Shown: positions 10,041-20,161, counted from the stretch's first letter. The stretch is DNA of 64,000 nt from an uncultured Bacilli bacterium (GCA_934162425.1 CAKPIS010000004.1:12821-76820); one strand, 5' to 3'. The notes: generated by a model from the letters alone, not told the origin. Made by a program: numbers and translations.

Positions 10041-10715
10041 TTAACGAATAACTTTGGCTTTTGTATAATTATAAACATCATAAATCATCTTTTTTAACTC
10101 TTTTTCTAAACTTTCTATATTAACATTTATAACCATATGATGTACTTTCATTTCTTTTAATTTACTTAATATAATATCATCTATATAGCATCCATCAAAT
10201 GTAATTACATTAACTTTTGCATTAGTTAAAGATAGTTTTTCTACTTGTTTAAGAAGCTTTTTTCCAATGTTTTTATATTTTATTATAATTAAATCTTTAT
10301 CTGTATAACTACCCTTTTTATCTTCTTCATCGAAATCAGAATAATTTCTTATATTATCTAGTATTTGATAAGCCATTTTAACTTCACATAAATTAAGCAT
10401 ATTATCTTTATCATAAAAAGCTATATCAGCTTTAGTTAAAAGTTTACCATCACTATTAACTACAGGAAACTCATTTACCGTTTTATAACCTAGTGAATTT
10501 AAGTATTTGCTAGAAATATAATTACCGTATATACCTAGCATACTTTTACTTACAATATCAATATTTTCATCTATATTATTTTCATTAGAACAAATTACTT
10601 TATCATAAAACAATCTTACTATATCAATATCCATCTTACTTGCTATTTTTATTATTTCATCATTAATACCAACTTTATTTATAATAAATAGTAATTCTTC
10701 TCTTGTAATTTTCAT
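10041..10715 (-). CDS. Hypothetical protein, possibly with an HTH-like N-terminus
   Basis: 224-aa ORF with an RBS. No recognisable catalytic motifs. Confidence 0.4.
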   Translation of the reverse strand: MKITREELLFIINKVGINDEIIKIASKMDIDIVRLFYDKVICSNENNIDENIDIVSKSMLGIYGNYISSKYLNSLGYKTVNEFPVVNSDGKLLTKADIAFYDKDNMLNLCEVKMAYQILDNIRNYSDFDEEDKKGSYTDKDLIIIKYKNIGKKLLKQVEKLSLTNAKVNVITFDGCYIDDIILSKLKEMKVHHMVINVNIESLEKELKKMIYDVYNYTKAKVIR

Positions 10716-10889
10716 ATTTTTACACCTTCTATTATAATTTTACCATACTAAGTTTGATATTTTTTGTATTTTATTATTAATTGTCATAAATTTACATAAT
10801 TTTTTTCTAAAATAAACGTAAAGTATATTATAATAATTACAATAATATTAATTAATATGATATAATATTATGCATGTAGAGGTGATTTT

Positions 10890-11405
10890 ATGGCTGAGAG
10901 CTTAGTACATACTATTTTAGGATTATTTGATGGTCTTACAAGTTTAAAATATGGTAAAGAATTAATTGTATTTATTATTTCTTTAATGCCTATATTGGAA
11001 CTTAGAGGTGGTTTAATTGCTGCTGCACTATTAGGTCTTAATGTAGTCCCGGCTTTTATTATATGTTTAATTGGTAATTTACTTCCAATACCATTTATCT
11101 TATGGCTTATAACCCCTATATTTAACTGGCTTAAGAAGACAAAACATTTAAGTAAGCTTGTTAATAAAATAGAAAAAAAAGCATTAAAAAAGAAAGATAA
11201 AATAGAAAAAGCTGAGTTTTTTGGACTTTTATTCTTTGTTGGTATTCCCCTTCCAGGTACTGGAGGATGGACTGGAAGTTTAATTGCTGCTTTAATAGAT
11301 ATGGATAAAAAGAAAGCTCTTTGTGCTATAACACTTGGCGTTATTTTAGCAGGGTTAATAGTAGGAAGCTTATCGTTTGGGTTATTAAAAGGAATTTTAG
11401 GATAA
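10890..11405 (+). CDS. Small multi-TM membrane protein, COG2426-like
   Basis: 171 aa with 4-5 hydrophobic segments. The following proS gene begins 13 nt later. Confidence 0.5.
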   Translation: MAESLVHTILGLFDGLTSLKYGKELIVFIISLMPILELRGGLIAAALLGLNVVPAFIICLIGNLLPIPFILWLITPIFNWLKKTKHLSKLVNKIEKKALKKKDKIEKAEFFGLLFFVGIPLPGTGGWTGSLIAALIDMDKKKALCAITLGVILAGLIVGSLSFGLLKGILG

Positions 11406-11418
11406 GGATGTGTTAAAA

Positions 11419-12855
11419 ATGAGTGAAAAACAGGTTAAAGAAATAACAAGTAGAAATGAAGACTTTGCACAGTGGTATACTGATGTTTGCAAAAAAGCAG
11501 ATTTAGTGGATTATTCCTCTGTAAAAGGAAGCATGATAATAAGACCATATGGATATGCAATATGGGAAAATATACAAAGTATAATGGATAAAAAATTTAA
11601 GGAAACTGGTCATGAAAATCTTCAAATGCCTATGTTTATACCAGAAAGTCTTCTTCAAGTGGAAAAAGATCATGTTAAAGGATTTGCACCAGAAGTTGCT
11701 TGGGTAACACATGGTGGATCTAATAAATTAGAAGAAAGAATGTGTGTTAGGCCTACTTCTGAAACATTATTTTGCGAACATTTTAAAAAGATAATTAATT
11801 CATATAGAGACTTACCTTTATTATATAATCAGTGGTGTACAATAGTTAGATGGGAAAAGACAACAAGACCATTTTTAAGAACAAGAGAGATTCTATGGCA
11901 AGAAGGTCATACTATGCATGCAAGCAAGGAAGATGCTATTAATGAAACTCTTAGAATGCTTAAAGTATATGAAGATTTTCAAAGAAATGTACTTGCAGTT
12001 CCAGTATTTACTGGTAAGAAAACAGATAAAGAAAAGTTTGCAGGAGCTGATGCAACTTATGCTATAGAAGCTATGATGTATGATGGTGTAGCTCTTCAAA
12101 GTGCTACTTCTCACTACTTTGGACAAGATTTTGCTAAAGCATTTGATATTAAATTCTTAAATAAGGAAAACAAGTTAGAAACTCCATATCAAACATCTTG
12201 GGGTTCAACTACTAGAATGATTGGTGAAATAGTTATGGTTCATGGTGATGATAGAGGTCTTGTACTACCTCCTAGAATAGCACCATATAAAGTTATTATT
12301 ATACCTATTGGTAATGATGAAAACGTAGATAATGCAACTAGTAAATTATCAAAAGAATTAAAAGAAATGAATATTACATATAAAGTAGATAATTCTAATA
12401 AAACACCAGGATTTAAATTTTCTGAAGCCGAAGTTAAAGGATATCCTATTAGAATAGAAGTTGGTAAAAGAGATTTATCAAATAATACTGTAACAATTGT
12501 AAGACGTGATACTTTAGAAAAAGAAACAGTTACTTTAGATGAAGCTATCATAAAGGTAAATGAATTACTAGTAAATATACAAAATGATATGTATAAAAGA
12601 GCATTAGACAGAAGAGATAGTATGGTATATAATGCTGATACTTATGAAGAAATGACTAATATTTCTAAAACTAAACCTGGATTTATATATACAAACTGGT
12701 GTGGTAATGAATCTTGCGAAAATAAAATAAAAGAAGATCTTGGTTTAAAATCAAGATGTATACCTTTTGAGAATGCAGAACCTACAGGAAGTAAAAAATG
12801 TATTTGTTGCGGTGAGGATGCTACAACTAAAATATACTGGGCTAAACAATATTAA
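11419..12855 (+). CDS. proS: Prolyl-tRNA synthetase, archaeal/eukaryotic type
   Basis: Class II aaRS motifs and a C-terminal zinc ribbon (CIPF...CICCGE). The likely ATG at 11419 has an AAGGA RBS. The ORF track begins at GTG 11410. Confidence 0.9.
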   Translation: MSEKQVKEITSRNEDFAQWYTDVCKKADLVDYSSVKGSMIIRPYGYAIWENIQSIMDKKFKETGHENLQMPMFIPESLLQVEKDHVKGFAPEVAWVTHGGSNKLEERMCVRPTSETLFCEHFKKIINSYRDLPLLYNQWCTIVRWEKTTRPFLRTREILWQEGHTMHASKEDAINETLRMLKVYEDFQRNVLAVPVFTGKKTDKEKFAGADATYAIEAMMYDGVALQSATSHYFGQDFAKAFDIKFLNKENKLETPYQTSWGSTTRMIGEIVMVHGDDRGLVLPPRIAPYKVIIIPIGNDENVDNATSKLSKELKEMNITYKVDNSNKTPGFKFSEAEVKGYPIRIEVGKRDLSNNTVTIVRRDTLEKETVTLDEAIIKVNELLVNIQNDMYKRALDRRDSMVYNADTYEEMTNISKTKPGFIYTNWCGNESCENKIKEDLGLKSRCIPFENAEPTGSKKCICCGEDATTKIYWAKQY

Positions 12856-12912
12856 AACTTATGGATATGCATAAGTTTTTTTATTTTGATTATAATTATT
12901 ATAGGTGATAAT

Positions 12913-13362
12913 ATGCTAAATTCTGATTATGAAAAAGCTTATATAAGTACATTTGCTAAAATATTTACAGTATTAAAAGATGAATACGATTTATATGTTA
13001 AAAATGGTGAATATGAAAACTATGAAATAGAAGTTAAAGCTGTTAATAGTGCTAAAATAAACGATTATTTAAGTATTTGCTTTCAAAAACAAAATGCATC
13101 TTTTACTATCATTCATAGCAATAATATAGATAAAGATATAATTGATAAATTAATAAAAGATATTTGTTATGCTATTAATGATAATTATATTTACAAATAC
13201 AATTTTAAAGATTTAAAAGATTATACTATTTATCATTTTTCTTACTTAAAAGAAAATATAATTATAGATAATAATAAAATAATAGAAGATTTAAAAAAAG
13301 ATGAATTAATAGAAAATATAAGTTTTCCTACTAATTCATATAACGATTCTTTTTATATTTAA
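12913..13362 (+). CDS. Hypothetical protein
   Basis: ORF with an RBS (AGGTGATAATATG). No motifs recognised. Confidence 0.4.
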   Translation: MLNSDYEKAYISTFAKIFTVLKDEYDLYVKNGEYENYEIEVKAVNSAKINDYLSICFQKQNASFTIIHSNNIDKDIIDKLIKDICYAINDNYIYKYNFKDLKDYTIYHFSYLKENIIIDNNKIIEDLKKDELIENISFPTNSYNDSFYI

Positions 13363-13823
13363 ATAATTTTAAGCATAAGTTCTTCTATTTTATCTATAAC
13401 TAACCTTTTATTATCTATTCTATTAGTCTTAATAGCCTTAACTATTTCATTATAATACTTATCATTATCCCTATCATAAATACTTATAAAAACAGTACTA
13501 TCATCACCAAACAAGTTATTTTCATCAACCCTATTTAATTTACCAGTTATACCTACTCCATAATTACTATTAGAAAATTTAGATATATTAAAACTCATTT
13601 CTTTTGCAACTTGGGTGCTATAGACAGAATATTTGTCTATAGTTTCTTTTTTTACACCCATTTTAATTTTATATTCATTTGAATAAGTTATAGCTGAAAA
13701 TTTAAGTACACGACTTGAACCATCTACATTTGTAATAGCACTAACTACTGCTCCTCCAGTAGCTGATTCCATTGTAGATATAGTTTTATTATTATCTATT
13801 AATTTATTAACTAATTCTTCCAT
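13359..13823 (-). CDS. CinA C-terminal domain protein (PncC-like nicotinamide-nucleotide amidohydrolase)
   Basis: TMESATGG motif characteristic of the CinA C-terminal domain. Confidence 0.7.
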   Translation of the reverse strand: MEELVNKLIDNNKTISTMESATGGAVVSAITNVDGSSRVLKFSAITYSNEYKIKMGVKKETIDKYSVYSTQVAKEMSFNISKFSNSNYGVGITGKLNRVDENNLFGDDSTVFISIYDRDNDKYYNEIVKAIKTNRIDNKRLVIDKIEELMLKII

Positions 13824-13893
13824 ATATAATACATCTCCTATTAGTATATAAACTAATTATAACAAAAAACTTACATTAAAGTAAGCCTTTTAT

Positions 13894-14457
13894 TTATCTA
13901 TAGTAATATTTAGCCTTGTATTCATCTGATAATTCTTTAAATCTATTATAATGAACTACTTCTCTTTGCCTTAACCATAAAAGTGGACCTGTTATATCTG
14001 GATCATCAGATAAATCAATTAAGTGTTCATAAATAGCTCTTGCTTTTTGTTCTGCAGCTAAGTCTTCTTCTAAGTCTGCAACCGGATCACCTGTTGTTGA
14101 TATATATGTTGCTGTCCATGGATTACCATTTGAATCACTTGGAAATAAAGCAAGTCCATGTTCTGTATAATGTCCTTCTAATCCTGCATCTATTAATTCT
14201 TCTTTTGTTGCACCCTTCATCATTTGATAAACCATTGTACATATCATTTCAACATGAGCTAACTCCTCAGTTCCTATATCATTTAATAAAGCCCTTCCTT
14301 TACTATCTGGCATAGTATATCTTTGATTTAAATATCTAAGTGCAGCTCCAAGTTCTCCTTGAGCACCACCATACTGACTTATAATAGCTTTAGCCATTCT
14401 TAAGTTTTTTCTTTTTATATCAATTGGATACTGTAATTTTTTAGAATACTTCCACAT
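13894..14457 (-). CDS. cotJC: Spore coat protein CotJC (manganese catalase family)
   Basis: Ferritin-like di-metal motifs (EELAHVE, EQKARAIYEHL). The start MWKY is preceded by an AAGAAGGGGG RBS. It lies downstream of a cotJB-like gene. Confidence 0.85.
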   Translation of the reverse strand: MWKYSKKLQYPIDIKRKNLRMAKAIISQYGGAQGELGAALRYLNQRYTMPDSKGRALLNDIGTEELAHVEMICTMVYQMMKGATKEELIDAGLEGHYTEHGLALFPSDSNGNPWTATYISTTGDPVADLEEDLAAEQKARAIYEHLIDLSDDPDITGPLLWLRQREVVHYNRFKELSDEYKAKYYYR

Positions 14458-14473
14458 AATATCCCCCTTCTTT

Positions 14474-14944
14474 TTATTCATTCCATGGCCAAGGTTCATT
14501 TATCCAAGACCAAGGTGTCATACTAAGTCCTTCATCAAAAGATAAATCAATCGGACCATATTTTTTTTCATAATCTAACGTAAGCCCTTTAGCTTCCGTA
14601 TTATAATTATTATATAATTTTATTGCATTTGTATCATTAGGATGCATATCTAAGTATAAATTAATATCATGTGCTGCAAAAGCTAATTCTTGAATTTTAT
14701 ATAAATGTGACATTTTTTCATTAGATATAGATGGTTTTATATAAGTCATATTTTTATATGGAATATAACTATTCGCTTCCATATTACCTCTTAAAAAGCC
14801 TTCATTTGAATTTAAAAATGTCATGTTATTATACATATTGTTATTATGGTTAGAATTATTATATGTATTTGGCATAACAGCAGGCATCATAAATGTTCTA
14901 ACTAAGATATCATCCATTACGCCATCAAAGTAATTTTGATTCAT
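14474..14944 (-). CDS. cotJB: CotJB family spore coat protein with an N-terminal extension
   Basis: C-terminal 80 aa carry the CotJB motif LYLDMHPND. The N-terminal 75 aa are N/M-rich and might be a fused CotJA-like segment. Confidence 0.6.
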   Translation of the reverse strand: MNQNYFDGVMDDILVRTFMMPAVMPNTYNNSNHNNNMYNNMTFLNSNEGFLRGNMEANSYIPYKNMTYIKPSISNEKMSHLYKIQELAFAAHDINLYLDMHPNDTNAIKLYNNYNTEAKGLTLDYEKKYGPIDLSFDEGLSMTPWSWINEPWPWNE

Positions 14945-15018
14945 ATTTTTACCTCCTAGCCTATTATATACAACTAGGTTAAAAGTTGTCTGGGTATTAA
15001 ACTAAAAGAAGACGTAAT

Positions 15019-16050
15019 TTATTCGCCTTCTTCATAATATTCATCATATATCTTTCCAAGTATTTCTTCTACCGCATCTTCTAGTGTTACAATACCTATA
15101 AAATCATCATTTTTATATACTGCTGACATTTGTACATGTTCTTTTTGCATGCAAGCAAATACATCATCTATTTTTTCATCATAATTAAACTTTTTAACAT
15201 CAAATAACAAATCCCTTAAGTTAAAATCATTATTTGTTTTTTTATACATAATGTATTTTTTTACATTAAATATCCCTATTATATTATTTGTATTACCTTC
15301 ATATACTGGATATCTTGTATATTTACATTTTTTAAGTTTTTTTAACAAAGCACTAAGACTTGTATTAACATCTAATAATTCACAGTTTTCTTTAGCGGTC
15401 ATTACTTTATCTACCATAGTATCATTAAACTTAAAAATATTAAATATATATTCTTGTTCTTTCTTTTCTATTATTCCATCTCTTGTACCAGTAAGTATTA
15501 TTCTTTTTATATCGTCTTCAGTAAACTCTTCTTCTTTTTCTTCTATCTTTAATATTTTACATATAAAATTAGTTGATACTGATAATAGTTTAACTAAAGG
15601 ATAAAATATTATTTGCATAGCACTAATTAGGTTTACAGAAAATGATGCTACTAAAAATGGATTAGAAAGTGCTATTTTTTTAGGTACTAATTCTCCTAAT
15701 ACCAATGTAAAGTAAGATAAAATAATTGTTATTATTACTATTAAAAATGCACTTGTAAATTCTGGATTAATAATCATAAAACCTGCTTTTATTATTTTAT
15801 CTGCAAATGTAGATGCTGCAAAAGCACTAGATAAGAAACCTGCAAGTGTTATACCTACTTGAATTGTTGATAAAAAGTTACTAGGGTCTTCTAATACTTT
15901 TCTTATTTTCTTAGCATTTTTCTTTCTTTTTCTAATCATTTTATCTAATTCGAATCTCTCTATTGATAAAAACGCTAGCTCACTAGCTGATAAAATCCCG
16001 TTTATTATAATTAGGATTAGCAAAAATAAAATATTTAATAACATACTCAA
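15019..16050 (-). CDS. CNNM/DUF21 + CBS-pair membrane protein (HlyC/CorC family)
   Basis: N-terminal 4-TM DUF21 region followed by a CBS pair. Confidence 0.75.
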   Translation of the reverse strand: MSMLLNILFLLILIIINGILSASELAFLSIERFELDKMIRKRKKNAKKIRKVLEDPSNFLSTIQVGITLAGFLSSAFAASTFADKIIKAGFMIINPEFTSAFLIVIITIILSYFTLVLGELVPKKIALSNPFLVASFSVNLISAMQIIFYPLVKLLSVSTNFICKILKIEEKEEEFTEDDIKRIILTGTRDGIIEKKEQEYIFNIFKFNDTMVDKVMTAKENCELLDVNTSLSALLKKLKKCKYTRYPVYEGNTNNIIGIFNVKKYIMYKKTNNDFNLRDLLFDVKKFNYDEKIDDVFACMQKEHVQMSAVYKNDDFIGIVTLEDAVEEILGKIYDEYYEEGE

Positions 16051-16167
16051 ATTACACCTCTGCCTATAATTCTATCATATTTAATAGAATAATAAAATAT
16101 TACTTGTATATATTATTTATAGGTAGAATATTTTTTTGATTTTTTTAGATGTTTTAATAATTTTCTA

Positions 16168-16195
16168 TTGACATAACTTTAAAAATCAGTATAAT
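16168..16195 (+). promoter_or_regulatory. Sigma-A promoter of tRNA-Gly
   Basis: TTGACA (16168-16173), a 16-nt spacer, TATAAT (16190-16195). The tRNA starts at 16214. Confidence 0.55.
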
Positions 16196-16213
16196 TAATA
16201 TTGCCTACTTGAT

Positions 16214-16287
16214 GCAGGTGTAGTTTAATGGTAGAACCACAGCCTTCCAAGCTGTATACGGGAGTTCGATTCTCCTCACCTGCTCCA
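16214..16287 (+). tRNA. tRNA-Gly (anticodon UCC), CCA encoded
   Basis: Cloverleaf folded by hand. Acceptor stem gcaggtg/cacctgc, anticodon loop CTTCCAA, T-arm GGTTCGATTCC-like. Length 74 nt. Confidence 0.9.
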
Positions 16288-16390
16288 TTTGAAATCAACT
16301 TACGGACTTAAAAGTTCGTGAGTTTTTATTTTATATAAATACTATAAAAAAAGAGGAAAAAATTATCAGAATAATTTAATCCTCTTTTTT
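16283..16390 (+). repeat. Repeat copy A. It is the tRNA-Gly 3' trailer/terminator (hairpin 16298-16322 plus T-run) and a second A-run/T-run bidirectional hairpin (16346-16390)
   Basis: Core CCATTTGAAATCAACTTACGGACTTAAAAGTTCGTGAGTTTTTATTTTATATAAAT. A 9-bp stem plus TTTTT forms an intrinsic terminator. A second hairpin AAAAAAGAGGA...TCCTCTTTTTT follows. Confidence 0.65.
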
Positions 16391-16497
16391 CTTTTTCTTG
16401 AATACGGGAATAAAATATATGTCTAGCCAGCACTGAATTTGTACTCCCGAACAAATTCTTATATGTGGAAACCCTTAAAATCCCAACCCCTTTTATT

Positions 16498-17277
16498 CTA
16501 TTGGTTTAAATAATAATAAATTATTTTACCAATATTTCCAATTAGTTTTTTATCTCCATCTTTATCGCTTGAATTCCACACAGAAATTCCTATATAAAAT
16601 AATTTGTCTTTAATGTTCATAACTCCAACATCATGGCTTAAATAATCAAGTGAACCTGTCTTGTGGGCATATTTTACAGGTTCAAAGATATATCGCATTA
16701 TTTGATTTTGACAACGTTGATTATATAAAATATTTATTGCTTTCTCACATAACTCGTTATTTAATATCTTCTTACTAAATAATAGAGTAAAAATATCTAA
16801 CATATCTTTTTGGCTCATATAATTATTTAATCCATTTTTTATTGCTTTTTCATCAAGCATATACCTTTGCACATATGTGTTTTTAATGTTTAAAACATTA
16901 ATAATATAATTATTAATATTTTCCATACCAAAATATTTTAACAATACGTTTGTGGCGGTATTATCCGATTCGATTATCATCCAATTTATTAATTCATTTA
17001 TTGAATAGTAATTTTCACCGTTTTCAAATATCTCTGTATCATCCAAGATATCATTTTTTGTTACTAGAATAGTATCATTTAAATTTACTTTTCCACTTTT
17101 TACTTCTTCAAAAATTGCAAGCATTATAGGTACCTTAATTGTTGAAGCAGATACTAATTTTTCAGTACTATTTAAATTATATATTTCATTTTCCAAAGAT
17201 AAATCTTTAATTAAAATTGAAATATTTTCATTCAAGTTCCATATTAATTTTTCTATTTCACTAACTAAATCATTCAT
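16498..17277 (-). CDS. Class A beta-lactamase-like serine hydrolase
   Basis: S-T-I-K (SxxK), the ESDNTATN SDN loop and HKTGS (KTG) motifs. 259 aa. Confidence 0.7.
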   Translation of the reverse strand: MNDLVSEIEKLIWNLNENISILIKDLSLENEIYNLNSTEKLVSASTIKVPIMLAIFEEVKSGKVNLNDTILVTKNDILDDTEIFENGENYYSINELINWMIIESDNTATNVLLKYFGMENINNYIINVLNIKNTYVQRYMLDEKAIKNGLNNYMSQKDMLDIFTLLFSKKILNNELCEKAINILYNQRCQNQIMRYIFEPVKYAHKTGSLDYLSHDVGVMNIKDKLFYIGISVWNSSDKDGDKKLIGNIGKIIYYYLNQ

Positions 17278-17289
17278 TTTTTACTCTCC

Positions 17290-18030
17290 TTAAATAAAAT
17301 TGTAAGTGTTATATGTTGAATCATATTCGAATCCTAATTTTTGTGCTAAACCAACAGAATTAGTATTTGCTGCGTCCCAACTTATTTTTTTATTCTGATC
17401 TAAACATTCTATAATAAGCCTTGATGCCAATGCAGTAGCAATTCCTTTCCTACGATAATCTTCTTTTACTTTTATATTAACTTCAATACCATCTTTATAA
17501 AAAATATTTGATGATGCTACACCAATTATTTCATCATTGTAAATACAGCAAAAACCTATACCATATTTTTTATAGTTATCTGTTATATTTAAAAATTTCA
17601 TTTTTTTTATATTATCAGCTAAAGTTTCATCTATTTTTGCAATTTCAAATTTTTTATCTAAACTATTTATCATTCGATATAAATTTTCTTTATCAAATGT
17701 TGCTTCTTTTTTTATAGAATATCTTTGAGATTTTCGTATATTGCGAGAATATATTTTTTCTATTTTGCTAGCAATGTCATCGCTTGGTATCAATATATAT
17801 TCTTTAAAATTTTTATCAATAATATCCTTTAAATCTTTATCATCTATATTTCCACTTATGAAACAATAATTTCTAACTACTAAAAAAGCAATATTAGGAT
17901 TTCTAACATTATCTACAAATGCTTTCCCCATGACACCATCTAATACACTATTTCCCATATAAAATCTTATATCATTAAATAGTATCTTTATTTCTTTTAA
18001 ATTTTTTTGTTCTGTTACTTCAAATATCAT
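17290..18030 (-). CDS. GNAT family N-acetyltransferase
   Basis: Motif A RRKGIATALA. Start MIFEV has a GGAGGTG RBS. The ORF track shows a longer 18099 start. Confidence 0.65.
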   Translation of the reverse strand: MIFEVTEQKNLKEIKILFNDIRFYMGNSVLDGVMGKAFVDNVRNPNIAFLVVRNYCFISGNIDDKDLKDIIDKNFKEYILIPSDDIASKIEKIYSRNIRKSQRYSIKKEATFDKENLYRMINSLDKKFEIAKIDETLADNIKKMKFLNITDNYKKYGIGFCCIYNDEIIGVASSNIFYKDGIEVNIKVKEDYRRKGIATALASRLIIECLDQNKKISWDAANTNSVGLAQKLGFEYDSTYNTYNFI

Positions 18031-18198
18031 TTTCACCTCCGAAAAAGTATAATTTAATAAGATTATACTATAAAATAGCAAAATACTCCATATTCCCATT
18101 AAACTTTAATAATATTTTATATATAATAATTTTAGAAAGGGAACAAAGTTCGTAATTTGTATGTGATTCGCTCCAGATTGACACCGAACCCTAAATTG

Positions 18199-18233
18199 AA
18201 AAAGATGATTTTGAACGTTAATCATCTTTTCTT
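18199..18233 (-). terminator. Intrinsic terminator overlapping the stop of 18218..18820
   Basis: AAAGATGATT...AATCATCTTT 10-bp stem followed by a T-run on the minus strand. Confidence 0.5.
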
Positions 18234-18820
18234 GTATTAGGAATAAGTTTTTTTACTTTTGGTTTTTCTTGGACTTTTTCCTGAAGTTCTGGAATTACAA
18301 ATAAACCATCAACTTCGTCAAAAGATTCTATATTCTTATAAGTGTCATGCTGTGGTTCATATTCTTTATATTTTTTTAATAGATCTATATATGGTTGAAT
18401 ACCACCTTTTTTTTCAAATTTTTTTGCTCTTTCACGCCAAACAAAAGTCGCTGAACCATCATTAAATGTTGCAAATACTCCGACATTAAAGATTTTATCT
18501 TCATCTAATGATTTAGCCTTAAAACCATCTAAATTAGTTATATTTAGTGCAAGATCATTTGAATTTAAAACGATAAAATTATTTAAATAAAAATATCCAG
18601 GTCCTTTATAAAGCCAATATATAGGCTCCCAAGGAAAAGTTATTTTAGACTGCTCCTTTGTAATTTGAACTTTTCTGTAAACGCCTTGATCCTCTCTAAC
18701 CATAGCAAATAATGCTCGTTTATTTCCTACATCATATGGTCTTAAATATAAAACACTCTCTGGATTTTGCATAATTCTATTTAAATTTTCATCAATATAT
18801 TCTAATTGAATATTACTCAT
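18218..18820 (-). CDS. Hypothetical protein
   Basis: 200-aa ORF with its own terminator. No motifs recognised. Confidence 0.4.
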   Translation of the reverse strand: MSNIQLEYIDENLNRIMQNPESVLYLRPYDVGNKRALFAMVREDQGVYRKVQITKEQSKITFPWEPIYWLYKGPGYFYLNNFIVLNSNDLALNITNLDGFKAKSLDEDKIFNVGVFATFNDGSATFVWRERAKKFEKKGGIQPYIDLLKKYKEYEPQHDTYKNIESFDEVDGLFVIPELQEKVQEKPKVKKLIPNTRKDD

Positions 18821-18922
18821 TATCTAAACCCTCCCTTTGTAGTTAATATTATATCACATTACTTTATTAAATTGCATAATAACTAATTATTATTTAAATT
18901 TATATATTCAGCATATATTTCA

Positions 18923-19024
18923 GCTCCATTTGAAATCAGCTTAAGAACTTAATTGTTCGTAAGTTTTTTTAATAAATAATATCAAAAAAGAGAAAAAATT
19001 ATAAAAATAATTTAATCCCCTTTT
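18923..19024 (+). repeat. Repeat copy B of the tRNA-Gly trailer family
   Basis: GCTCCATTTGAAATCAGCTTAAGAACTTAATTGTTCGTAAGTTTTT, plus a degenerate copy of the second hairpin (AAAAAAGAGAAAAAATTATAAAAATAATTTAATCCCCTTTT). Confidence 0.6.
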
Positions 19025-19086
19025 ATATATTTTTAAATTTATACTACCACACAAATTCTACTATAGAAAATTTCATCTTCCTATTA

Positions 19087-20124
19087 TTAAAAATTAAAAT
19101 CTAAATATACATAATTATCCATATTGTAAGATAAATTATTTTCGATCATTTCTTTAGCAAGTTTACAACACTTTGAAATTCTTTTACCATTAGATAATGG
19201 ATCAATATATCTAATTTTTGCTCCATGATGAACATAATAAACATTTTGAGGTTTCTCTTTTGATGTCTTCACTTTTTTAGCATTTTTCCAAATGTTAAAT
19301 ATATCACCATATTTAGAAGACTCTATAATATCTATTACTTCACTTTCCTTTAATTCATATAAATCCTTTTTAGATATTTTGTTTTCATCGTTTAATCTTT
19401 TTAAAATATCAGCAATTAATTGCATAGAGTATCTAGTTCTATCCTCGCGATATATAATAGATAATCTACTTGTAGTCTTAACAAAACTTCTAGCACATTT
19501 TTTAGTTTTAAATCCTAACTCTATTTCCTTTTCTTCATTAGTTTGTATTTCTATATCATCATATATTTCTTTGATACTTGCTAGATCTAACAATCTATAT
19601 GTAAACAAAGCATTTGATAATGAGTATTCCAATCTATCTGCAGATAATTTAGGTGTATCATTATCAGCAATAGGATATAAATGATAATTATCTATTTCTG
19701 ATACTTTAATATTATCTCTTTTTAATAATGTCATAATTTCTTTTGAATTTTCTATTATTTTTGTTGTTAAATCTTCTGTTGATTCTTGTGTAATATAATC
19801 TCCATTAAGAAAATCTACACAATGCTTAAATGCTGGTGTTGCTATATCGTGAAATAAGCCAGATAAAGTTTGCTTTTTATCATGTGTAAAGTGCCAAACA
19901 ATTAAAGCAACTGCAACAGAATGATCTAAACTTGAAAAGAAAAAATCACTTTCAAACAAATCTGAATATATAGTACCACAAGTAACACTAATATATTGTT
20001 GCAATAATAATTCCTTTGTGTCTATATATTCATTTAACCATTCTGGAAAATCTGGTTCTAATATTTTAAAATATTCTTTTACTTCTGTATTTAAATTATT
20101 ATAATATTTTTTCATTTTTAACAC
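19087..20124 (-). CDS. HD-domain phosphohydrolase family protein
   Basis: H...HD...HD pattern (SLDHSVAVALIVWHFTHDKKQTLSGLFHDIATP). Confidence 0.5.
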   Translation of the reverse strand: MLKMKKYYNNLNTEVKEYFKILEPDFPEWLNEYIDTKELLLQQYISVTCGTIYSDLFESDFFFSSLDHSVAVALIVWHFTHDKKQTLSGLFHDIATPAFKHCVDFLNGDYITQESTEDLTTKIIENSKEIMTLLKRDNIKVSEIDNYHLYPIADNDTPKLSADRLEYSLSNALFTYRLLDLASIKEIYDDIEIQTNEEKEIELGFKTKKCARSFVKTTSRLSIIYREDRTRYSMQLIADILKRLNDENKISKKDLYELKESEVIDIIESSKYGDIFNIWKNAKKVKTSKEKPQNVYYVHHGAKIRYIDPLSNGKRISKCCKLAKEMIENNLSYNMDNYVYLDFNF

Positions 20125-20161
20125 ATCCTTACATTATAAATATGGGTCTAACATAAATCCC

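Noticed and set aside
10716-10889. Looked for a T-box upstream of proS and its upstream membrane gene
   Set aside because: The region is about 170 nt of AT-rich promoter-like sequence without GC-rich structured elements or a T-box motif. proS appears co-transcribed with the small membrane protein gene.
8105-15604. Several short antisense ORFs inside pflA, proS, cotJC and the CNNM gene (8105..8305, 11503..11712, 11893..12126, 12240..12551, 14040..14315, 15251..15604)
   Set aside because: All are embedded antisense in genes with strong homology signals. They are AT-rich reading-frame noise.
18130-18200. Possible sixth degenerate repeat copy (GCTCCAGATTGACACCGAACCCTAAATTGAAA, AAGTTCGTAA)
   Set aside because: The similarity is limited to short words shared with the core repeat. 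It is too weak to call without alignment statistics.
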